A stretch of DNA of 64,000 nucleotides from Parcubacteria group bacterium (GTDB lineage: Bacteria > Patescibacteriota > Minisyncoccia > 2-02-FULL-40-12), in contig JACPLU010000002.1 in the NCBI GenBank assembly GCA_016186395.1, positions 11,470 through 75,469 on the forward strand, given 5' to 3'. The notes beneath the pieces are model-generated. The model was not told the DNA's origin, did no database searches, and saw nothing but the letters and a program-made list of their open reading frames with translations. A program made the translations under genes and the position numbers. Position 1 is the stretch's first letter, and each line of letters opens with the position of its first letter. This document shows positions 18,967-26,745 of this stretch, piece after piece.

Positions 18967-19482
18967 TCATTGCTTATTAAGTAAGTCGCTATAGGACTTT
19001 GATATTAAATCAGATTGAGAGACATTGAAAAGTTTCAGATATTGATTGCACTGTTCTAATAACTTTTCTTTGCCGATTTTACCCGTTTTATCTATTGCCT
19101 CAATTTCAATAAAACTTCCCAAGCCCCTGACTTGATCTATATGAAACTTAACATTTTTTATAAAGTAAATTTCTCTCTTCTTGTCTACTATCTTGAAGAC
19201 CCCAAGAGCCTTAATTAGGATGTTCTCCAAAAGACTTTTTGAAGTTGTTTTATATAGAATAACATCGGATTGCTTAGGACCTTTTTTATCCTGTCTCTGA
19301 TAGTAAATCAGATAGTTTTCTATATTGCCTTTCCTCAATTTTAGTCTACCATTAGCCACCTTGAAATAAGTATCTATTTGATGATCTGTGCCAATAAAGC
19401 GAGATCCTTTTTCTTTAAGGATTTTCCTTATTTTGTTCGGATCCTTTGATCTTGCCTTTATCTCAATATTAATATGGCTCAT
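18967..19482 (-). CDS. CYTH domain protein / class IV adenylate cyclase-like
   Basis: NIEIKAR; QIDTYF; RLKLR; K.REIY; H.D.V.GLGSFIEIE. Confidence 0.88.
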   Translation of the reverse strand: MSHINIEIKARSKDPNKIRKILKEKGSRFIGTDHQIDTYFKVANGRLKLRKGNIENYLIYYQRQDKKGPKQSDVILYKTTSKSLLENILIKALGVFKIVDKKREIYFIKNVKFHIDQVRGLGSFIEIEAIDKTGKIGKEKLLEQCNQYLKLFNVSQSDLISKSYSDLLNKQ

Positions 19483-20178
19483 TTAATTTAAGACCTTATA
19501 CTCAAGCAATAAGTAGGAATTTTCTAATGGCTTAGCTTGGACCAATTCCAAAGCTTTAACCTTAAATAAATCCTCGGGGCTGTGAAGCGACTCGCCATCC
19601 ATTAAAGAGGCTGTATCCTTGCCCCCTACCATTGCAGGAGCAACAACGAGAAGCAATCTATCAATGAGACCCTCTCTGACCCAAGAGGCGTTCATTGTGC
19701 CACCCGTCTGGATAGTAATCCGATCTACGCCATAATCCTCTTTGAACCTTCTTAATACATCAGCCAAATCAATCTTGTCGTCGTATTTGAGTATCTCAAT
19801 GTTTGGAAACTCTTTCTTGAGTTCAAAAGCTGGATGTTCAGAGTTGGTAGTAATTATATAAAGCGTCTTACTCTTTTTAGCCATATAGGCCGTACCGTTT
19901 TTGTTGAGATGGGGCTTACTGTCAATGATGATAAAATTGACTGGAGTTTTTGTTGGTTCATCAGTCTTCTCATTAATGCCGATCTTCTCAAAAACTCGGC
20001 CAGAGTTTAGAGAGTGTAAATCCGTTTGTTGTTCAAGATCGTAGTATTGCTTATTGCCTTCCTTAACTCCATCAATCTTTTTGTAATCGGTATCCGTATC
20101 CATAATATCTGTATCGCCAGTAGAAATCTTGCCGTCAACGGATATTAAGAGGAAAAGTGTTGTATATGGTCTATTCAT
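19483..20178 (-). CDS. RibD C-terminal/DHFR-like reductase
   Basis: RPYTTL...SVDGKISTG; IQTGGT.N; GLID...VVAP.MVGG. Confidence 0.82.
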   Translation of the reverse strand: MNRPYTTLFLLISVDGKISTGDTDIMDTDTDYKKIDGVKEGNKQYYDLEQQTDLHSLNSGRVFEKIGINEKTDEPTKTPVNFIIIDSKPHLNKNGTAYMAKKSKTLYIITTNSEHPAFELKKEFPNIEILKYDDKIDLADVLRRFKEDYGVDRITIQTGGTMNASWVREGLIDRLLLVVAPAMVGGKDTASLMDGESLHSPEDLFKVKALELVQAKPLENSYLLLEYKVLN

Positions 20179-21256
20179 ATAAAGATTTAGTCTTTTTACA
20201 AAGTTTCGGATCTTCTAGCACGTCAGAACTGTCAATAAACTGGTCTACTGAACCTATGTTTGGTAACTTTTTAAGTTCCTCCTCGGTAATGGTTTTTCTG
20301 ATAGCATCAGCAAACCCGTCGGCGTGAATAACTAGATAAGGTCGCTCGTGGTATGAAGAAACTTCAGTAGTCATTGGTTTGGTTATGCCAAGCTCATTGT
20401 GGGCTTGAGCAATTATCTTATAGGCTTCGGCCAGATATTTCTCTCGTTCTTTCCAAGAAGAAGCAAGTAGGGTTTTGGATAAGCTAGGTTCCAGCTTAGA
20501 AGCAATGTTTAGCTTGCTAAAAGCAGTTCCAAACCATTTAGTGTAGGGATAATACTTCTGGTCCATCAGAAAGCATAGTTTCATTAATTCACGCACTATC
20601 CGAGAAGCGACTACCTGAGACCCGAGTTCATCGCCTACGTCGCCTGTGCGGCCTACAAAGGCCTCTTCTTGCGATATTCTGGTCCACTGGGCAGCTAGCA
20701 GGTAAAGCCATACTTCTTTCGGGTAGAAATTGAATTTATTCCTAATCGTTTCTAGCTCGCTGAGACCATCGTGATAGACAGCACCACTCGTTAAGGCCAG
20801 TAATCTTTGCTGAGGGAAAGTAAGCCAATCAAGATTAGTTATTTCTTGATATGGATCGAACTTAATTCGCATCTGCCATAAGGATTTTATCGTAAATATA
20901 TCAACCATATGATCTACTGGTCCCGAAGTTATGGTCTTGGATATTCTCACTCCATTTTCTTGAGACTTAGAGAAATTAGTTGAGTAGCCCATAAATTCAT
21001 ACGGGAGTTTCTCGGATAAAGTTTTGCTGATCTTTTCTTTGAGTTCAGGAAAGTCAGCTTCGGACAAGAAAATCAAAACACGAGGACCCCAATGATGATC
21101 CCGAGATATTTCAGTGTCATATCCAAGGACTTCCGAGCCCCAACCTATAAGGGCAGCCGAGTATTTTAAGTTAGGAAACTCACTATCTAGAATAGGTTTA
21201 ACAACTTCTTGATAATAGCTCCTGCTTAGTTCAATTCCTGATAAAAATTCAGCCAT
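20171..21256 (-). CDS. DUF4037-domain protein (nucleotidyltransferase-like N-terminus)
   Basis: LIGWGSEVLGYDTEISRDHHWGPR; WL..PQQRLL.LT.G.V..D; YPY.KW. Confidence 0.8.
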   Translation of the reverse strand: MAEFLSGIELSRSYYQEVVKPILDSEFPNLKYSAALIGWGSEVLGYDTEISRDHHWGPRVLIFLSEADFPELKEKISKTLSEKLPYEFMGYSTNFSKSQENGVRISKTITSGPVDHMVDIFTIKSLWQMRIKFDPYQEITNLDWLTFPQQRLLALTSGAVYHDGLSELETIRNKFNFYPKEVWLYLLAAQWTRISQEEAFVGRTGDVGDELGSQVVASRIVRELMKLCFLMDQKYYPYTKWFGTAFSKLNIASKLEPSLSKTLLASSWKEREKYLAEAYKIIAQAHNELGITKPMTTEVSSYHERPYLVIHADGFADAIRKTITEEELKKLPNIGSVDQFIDSSDVLEDPKLCKKTKSLYE

Positions 21257-21286
21257 TTCTCTAGTTTATCATATTAGTAATGTATC

Positions 21287-21931
21287 CTATAGTTCTTTGA
21301 TAAATTTTATTGGGATAGCACTAAAACCAATCACATCCCTAGAACTTCTCTCATCACTGGCCCCTCGTGCGATTACCCCGACGGCTTCATCCTTGCTATT
21401 TAATAAGACTCCGCCGCTCATACCAACATAAAGTGGTCGGTCTATGACGATATGAGGCCTAAGACCAATGTCGGTATACGAGGAAACATTACCATAATAC
21501 TGCTGAGGCTCATCGCTAGGAAAGTACTGGGTAAACCCAACTGCAAGAACTTTTTCCCGAACTAAAATATCTTGTCTTGCCATTTTAATAGTAGGAAAAT
21601 ATTTATCGTCCGTCCCTTCAAGCTTCAATATCGCAAGATCTAACAAACTGATTTTCGACACTACGATAGCATTATATTTTTCAGAGCTTCCCGTCATTTT
21701 GTAGGCCACTATTTTCTCATTTAAATCAAAGACGTGAGCACAGGTAACCAGACCTATACCATCTAACATAAAAGCGGTGCCGTTAGATATACCATTGCTT
21801 TCTATCATCCAAATCGACTCGTTTATTATCTTATAATCATCGAGGGGTAGAAACGGATAGCCATTTCTGCTCAACTGATTAAACTTATTTATCAAATTTC
21901 TATATACTCTGCTTTTCTGTCCCTTAACCAT
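21287..21931 (-). CDS. Trypsin-like serine protease, retron-associated effector
   Basis: GTAF...VTCAHV (His), DLAIL (Asp), GMSGG (Ser); overlaps the RT stop by 8 nt. Confidence 0.85.
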   Translation of the reverse strand: MVKGQKSRVYRNLINKFNQLSRNGYPFLPLDDYKIINESIWMIESNGISNGTAFMLDGIGLVTCAHVFDLNEKIVAYKMTGSSEKYNAIVVSKISLLDLAILKLEGTDDKYFPTIKMARQDILVREKVLAVGFTQYFPSDEPQQYYGNVSSYTDIGLRPHIVIDRPLYVGMSGGVLLNSKDEAVGVIARGASDERSSRDVIGFSAIPIKFIKEL

Positions 21932-22892
21932 CCTTTACAAAGTTTATTTTCCCTTCGATTATTTTAGAAAATTCAACAGATTTAATATGAGGGGCTCTTT
22001 CTTTTAATCTATTTTTAAAATAAGCCTCCTCCGCGACCCTTAAATCATATTTACGCCATTTATCTAATAGAACTCTTATTTCTCTTATGTACTCTCTTTT
22101 TATATTTGGCGTTCTATTGGTTACCAACCCCGTCACCTCCTGTCTCCTTCCAGTTCTTAATATTCGAGTTTTAGCATCATTAATAATAAATCCATTAGAG
22201 GCGATGATAGACAATATGCCTTTCCCGCATAATGGAGCACTGCCAGACTCAACTATTTCCTTATGGAAAAATGCCTGTCTTGTGGAGATAGTAATATCAT
22301 CCGCATAGCGTGTATAAACGGCATTGTACTTTTTGACTAATGCTTGAAATGCTCCGTCCATTCTAGAACATATTAGGTTTGAAATAATCGGTGAAGTGGG
22401 AGCTCCTTGAGGTAGTTGGTTATTATGGCAGCATAAGTTGGCCAGTGCTGTAGCAACTGGAGCAGGCAGGCTAAACGGTGGTTTCAAAAATAAGCCTCTA
22501 ACTCTTCCAAAATTAATTGATGGAAAGAAATCTTTTAGATCAAGGTTGAATACTATCTTTTTGCCTGAGTGGGCCGAAGCGTTAGATACAATGTTTCTAT
22601 TATTTACAAATCCTTGAACCGATGGTCTGGGCTCATAACAAATAGAGAGAATGTAATTCAACTTTCTCTGCAAAATCTTTAAAGTTGAAGTTGGAGCTAG
22701 GATGCGTCGTTCGCCTCCTGATTTTTTCTTAATAACAAACTCTTTGTAGTTTGTAGGCTTATTTTTCCTATAAACCAAATAAATAAGTGTTTTGCAATCT
22801 ATCTCTAAAATATCAGCCACATCGATAAGTGTTTTTAGATTGCGAAACTTTTCTTTAAGGACTTCGGGAGAATTTAATAAGTCTGGTCGCAT
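21924..22892 (-). CDS. Retron-type reverse transcriptase
   Basis: NASAH (region X), DLKDFFPSI, LPQGAPTSP, YTRYADD, RQEVTGL (region Y). Confidence 0.95.
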   Translation of the reverse strand: MRPDLLNSPEVLKEKFRNLKTLIDVADILEIDCKTLIYLVYRKNKPTNYKEFVIKKKSGGERRILAPTSTLKILQRKLNYILSICYEPRPSVQGFVNNRNIVSNASAHSGKKIVFNLDLKDFFPSINFGRVRGLFLKPPFSLPAPVATALANLCCHNNQLPQGAPTSPIISNLICSRMDGAFQALVKKYNAVYTRYADDITISTRQAFFHKEIVESGSAPLCGKGILSIIASNGFIINDAKTRILRTGRRQEVTGLVTNRTPNIKREYIREIRVLLDKWRKYDLRVAEEAYFKNRLKERAPHIKSVEFSKIIEGKINFVKDG

Positions 22893-22902
22893 TTCTATGC
22901 AA

Positions 22903-23050
22903 TTAAAAAAGGGTGCGATTTAAATTCTCTTTCTGCAAGCACGGTAATGTCTATATCCATAACATTACGCACATAAAGCAAGTAAAAGGAACCGTTTCTC
23001 ATCCGTCGCGAAACACAACGGCAATCAATTGTTATCACACCCTTTTTTAA
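22903..23050 (-). ncRNA. Retron msr-msd non-coding RNA
   Basis: 17-bp a1/a2 stem (22903-22919 with 23034-23050, one G-U pair on the minus strand); msr-like hairpin CCGUUGUG-UUU-CGCGACGG; msd-like hairpin GUAAUGU...ACAUUAC; directly 5' of the RT. Confidence 0.85.
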
Positions 23051-23139
23051 AAGAATAACGATCTTCTGGATCGTTGTTAGCCCAGTTGAATTATAGTGAA
23101 ATGTAAAGTATTGTAAAGCGTGTAACCCTAAATAGTTTT

Positions 23140-24420
23140 ATGTTTGATATTACAGAATTACCAGACAAATACACATTTAATCAAGAAAGTTTGTCCGAAG
23201 AGAAGTACATTGATGACAACTCCCTGTTTGTTTATTTTTGTATATCACGTGGACTTTTTAATAATCCCAAAGACTCCCAGATAAGCTTTATTTATTTTAA
23301 TCCCTTTGAGTGGACTAGTGTTGATTTTATAGCTTTTCTGCTCTCAGTTTGTAGTGACTACGGTTTGAATATTACGAACATAAAAACAATGGTTCCTGCC
23401 ATAGAAGATGAGTATGAGGTATCTCACAAGCCGAGGCGTTATAAGGGTGCATATAAATGGATCCTAGACTTAAGAAGAAATGAGCCCGAAAGAGAAGAAG
23501 TTAAACTTTTTGATAAGCTCTCTAGCGACACGGCTTCTATAGCCGACTTAGAACGAGCATTGATATACGCAAGTAGAATAGCCCCATTATACAAAGATGA
23601 GAAAAGCCAATTATATCTTTCTAAAGATTTGTTTAGGAACTTACTTTCTTATACAAGTTTCTGTATTGAGCCAAGTTCCACATCTAAAAATAAATTAAAG
23701 GCAAACCTAGATACCTATCTAGAAGAGTTCATGCAGGAAAAGCTTACCAGAGATAGCAAATCAAAAACGATTGGCAATACCTCCGTATCTCAATCTAAAA
23801 ACATCTTTACCTTCAAAAAACATCGTCAATTATTTGGAGAGTACCTACAGAGAATGCAAAATGATTTTGGAAACACAATGACCATTGAAAATATATTTGA
23901 AGAAAGATTTCCAAACCTTAGATACCCCGACTCAGAGACAATTAGAAAAAGATACTCTGAAAGAAACTTTTATTTTATACACATTCTACTTACGTTTCAC
24001 AAACAAGGTTTATTAAAGATTTTATCTCTTGGTAGTAATTGGGACTATCACGAAGATGAAATGTATACGTATCAGGCAAAGATCGAAATCCTACCAGCTT
24101 TTCTTAATGAAAATGTCTCAAATAAACTGCACTTTGATCTAGATAAATCTAGGCTATATGTGCAAGGGAAAGAGTTTAAGTTACTAAAGTTTAAAGACGA
24201 ATACCACACTCTTAGAGTTATGTTTGAGGATGTTAACGAGCTAGGCAAGGAATGGTTTTTTTCTGAAATTGCAGAAAGAATTGATGAGAACAGATTAGAC
24301 GATAAAAAGTACTATAACGCTATTTATCAGATAAGATTAAAGCTTGAGAAGCAAGGAATAAACGACTTCTTTATTACGACCAAACAGTCGGTCAAAATAA
24401 ACAAAAAATACCTGTCTTAG
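23140..24420 (+). CDS. Hypothetical protein with probable C-terminal winged-helix domain
   Basis: 426-aa ORF; C-terminal LHFD...FFSEIAE...YYNAIYQIRLKL...F..T...VKIN resembles an OmpR-type wHTH. Confidence 0.6.
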   Translation: MFDITELPDKYTFNQESLSEEKYIDDNSLFVYFCISRGLFNNPKDSQISFIYFNPFEWTSVDFIAFLLSVCSDYGLNITNIKTMVPAIEDEYEVSHKPRRYKGAYKWILDLRRNEPEREEVKLFDKLSSDTASIADLERALIYASRIAPLYKDEKSQLYLSKDLFRNLLSYTSFCIEPSSTSKNKLKANLDTYLEEFMQEKLTRDSKSKTIGNTSVSQSKNIFTFKKHRQLFGEYLQRMQNDFGNTMTIENIFEERFPNLRYPDSETIRKRYSERNFYFIHILLTFHKQGLLKILSLGSNWDYHEDEMYTYQAKIEILPAFLNENVSNKLHFDLDKSRLYVQGKEFKLLKFKDEYHTLRVMFEDVNELGKEWFFSEIAERIDENRLDDKKYYNAIYQIRLKLEKQGINDFFITTKQSVKINKKYLS

Positions 24421-24480
24421 ATTTGTCTTAAGTTAACTCAAGACGACATAACGATAACCTGAACCCATCAGGCTATTTTT

Positions 24481-24639
24481 ATGTCCAAGCAGAAAAAGAA
24501 ACAACCCGAGCAACCGATTACGCTTCAAGAGACTGAGGCAGAATTTGATGACCAAAACCTGCTGGCCTTCTTTAGGTTGCTTCTGCAAGTAGATAAACGA
24601 CTCAACCCTAAAACTTATGAGGTTAGAACTAATGATTGA
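24481..24639 (+). CDS. 52-aa small protein (below the ORF-track cutoff)
   Basis: MSKQKKKQPEQPITLQETEAEFDDQNLLAFFRLLLQVDKRLNPKTYEVRTND*; overlaps the Rep start. Confidence 0.6.
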   Translation: MSKQKKKQPEQPITLQETEAEFDDQNLLAFFRLLLQVDKRLNPKTYEVRTND

Positions 24640-25732
24640 CACCATCATCCTCAAATTTCCGCTTGGTAAATTCTATATCGAACAGATAGAAAAATTCGGT
24701 ACCACAAAGTCTGAAGTCGCTTATGGAAAAGATTTTTATAAGAAATTCTATAACAATCCAGACGATAGCTCTTTAATGGAAAAGGGATACCAACCTCGCC
24801 TCACCCTTTATAGGCGAGGCAGAACCATAGAACTGAAAGTTGAGTTCTCAGCTCCTAAAATGCTCTTTAGTAATAACCTAAACGAGCTTGAGGAGAGTGA
24901 CCTTAACCTGCTTGTGGGCAAGCTTAAACAGCAGATAGAAGCACGAGGCGTTCGGATAAGCATCGATGACATTCTGAACGCCGAAGTATCAGCTTTCCAC
25001 GCTTCTAAAAACATCAGGCTCACTAAGGGATATACCTCAATCGCAGTTATCCGAGAGCTTTCAAAGATAAACCTCACACAGAAATTGGATATGGATCACA
25101 AGGACTTTCGTAATGGCGGTCACTCGCTCCAATATTACGCCAAGTCGCACGCATTGGTTTTATACGATAAGATCCGAGACCTCAAGAAGCCAGACAAACG
25201 AGCGATCGATAAAGAAAACAAAATTAACCAGCTCAGCCTCTTTGAGTATCTGGCAAACAAAAGTATGCCCGAGATTATCAGAATTGAAGTCCGACTATCT
25301 CAAAAGCAAAAGATGAACTCGGTCCTTAAGAAATTAGGTATCCCCGAGCATCCCAAGCTCAAAGATATTTTCAAAAAAGATGTATGCCAAAAAATTGTAA
25401 CTCATTATTGGGAAGAAATGATTTTGAGCGGCAACACTTTCCTGTTCCAGCCGCTTAATAACCCGCAAAGGATAATCCAACGCATCATTAAAAACAATAA
25501 AAAGATTAAGCCGAAAGAAGTTGTCTATCTGGCTGGGCTATATCTGATTGTTAAAGACTTAGGAATTAGAGAGCTCAGAACCATTCTGTCCCAGTTATCG
25601 TCTCAACGGTCTTGGTATCGGATTGCTGACGACTTTAAGAAGTTAAAGCTAGCTCGTTATCAATACGAATGGGTCAAAGAGATCAAGGACGCAATAAAAA
25701 AGTTTGAGTCAATTAGGATAAATGGTCCTTGA
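24632..25732 (+). CDS. Replication initiator, phage/plasmid gpII/X (Rep_trans-like, rolling-circle) family
   Basis: MIDTI; LKVEFSAPKML..NNL; LVLYDK; IIRIEVRL. Confidence 0.65.
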   Translation: MIDTIILKFPLGKFYIEQIEKFGTTKSEVAYGKDFYKKFYNNPDDSSLMEKGYQPRLTLYRRGRTIELKVEFSAPKMLFSNNLNELEESDLNLLVGKLKQQIEARGVRISIDDILNAEVSAFHASKNIRLTKGYTSIAVIRELSKINLTQKLDMDHKDFRNGGHSLQYYAKSHALVLYDKIRDLKKPDKRAIDKENKINQLSLFEYLANKSMPEIIRIEVRLSQKQKMNSVLKKLGIPEHPKLKDIFKKDVCQKIVTHYWEEMILSGNTFLFQPLNNPQRIIQRIIKNNKKIKPKEVVYLAGLYLIVKDLGIRELRTILSQLSSQRSWYRIADDFKKLKLARYQYEWVKEIKDAIKKFESIRINGP

Positions 25733-25771
25733 GTCTAGCCATTAGGGCTTTATTAATTATTAATTAAACTT

Positions 25772-26035
25772 ATGGAAAACATCATTATAAACTTACAAAT
25801 TGGCGAAGAAGAGATACAATCATTTGCGGAAGCAAACTTTGGCCGTGAGCTCACTGAAATTGAGCTATATCGCTTAAAAGAATATTGGTATGAATGCGAG
25901 GATGCAGATTGGTCAAAGACAGAATTTATGGCTAACTGTATTGAGGATGCGATGAATAACGAGGATAAAAGCTGGGAACACGTTGATAAAGAATTTCGGG
26001 AAAAACATAGTCAAGACCAGAAGTTACCCACTTGA
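25772..26035 (+). CDS. Small acidic hypothetical protein
   Basis: 87-aa ORF co-oriented in the element. Confidence 0.55.
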   Translation: MENIIINLQIGEEEIQSFAEANFGRELTEIELYRLKEYWYECEDADWSKTEFMANCIEDAMNNEDKSWEHVDKEFREKHSQDQKLPT

Positions 26036-26077
26036 ACACTTGGAATTATGTGTAAACCATTGTAAACTATAATCATT

Positions 26078-26251
26078 ATGAACAAAGACTACTATACGCC
26101 ACAAGAATTAGCCGATAAGCTCCGAGTAAATGTTATGACTATCTATCGCTATATTAAAGCTCGCAAATTAACTGCCCATAAAATCGGCAAGGAATTTCGT
26201 ATTCCAAAATCCGAGTTCAACCGTTTTCTGGACAAAACAAAAACAAAGTAA
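26078..26251 (+). CDS. Excisionase-like HTH_17 DNA-binding protein (57 aa, not in ORF track)
   Basis: MNKDYYTPQELADKLRVNVMTIYRYIKARKLTAHKIGKEFRIPKSEF; TAATG coupling to the next gene. Confidence 0.85.
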   Translation: MNKDYYTPQELADKLRVNVMTIYRYIKARKLTAHKIGKEFRIPKSEFNRFLDKTKTK

Positions 26252-26745
26252 TGCATACAATCTCTGAACTCAATAATAAATGGTGGTATAGGTTAATAAA
26301 AGTCGGCTACCTACTTTTGATTATGGCGGCTTGTGTAATATCTATTGCAGTTGCCTTCGAAGACGTGGGCACTTATCAGACAGATTATTTAGTAGTATGC
26401 AACTATGGGAATAAGAGTACTTTTATTGCTAATAAGGACAAGGATATTTGGAATATCCCACAGTATTATGACTATAGCGAAAGCTTGGCCAAACTTCCTG
26501 ACTCAACCAAAATACAATTGCAATCAGCTTGTGGCATATCCCAAGCAGAAATGAATGCCAAGTTTGAAAATCCTAATGATAATAAAAAGCTATTCGATTT
26601 AACCGAAACAAAAGTAAATACCACGAGCTATTGGAGTGCAATACTATGGTCTATTCTGTCCATAATTATTACCTTCGCAATCGCAGAGATAATTAGAAGG
26701 ATTTTTTACTACATTGTTTTAGGTAAAGTTAAACCTGTGAAATGA
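26251..26745 (+). CDS. Two-TM membrane protein
   Basis: N- and C-terminal hydrophobic helices; EIIRRIFYYIVLG. Confidence 0.7.
   Translation: MHTISELNNKWWYRLIKVGYLLLIMAACVISIAVAFEDVGTYQTDYLVVCNYGNKSTFIANKDKDIWNIPQYYDYSESLAKLPDSTKIQLQSACGISQAEMNAKFENPNDNKKLFDLTETKVNTTSYWSAILWSILSIIITFAIAEIIRRIFYYIVLGKVKPVK

Noticed and set aside
21924-22892. RT as group II intron, DGR or CRISPR-associated RT
   Set aside because: Retron-specific NAxxH and VTG motifs and an a1/a2-bounded ncRNA are present; I see no maturase domain, TR/VR pair, Avd or Cas1.
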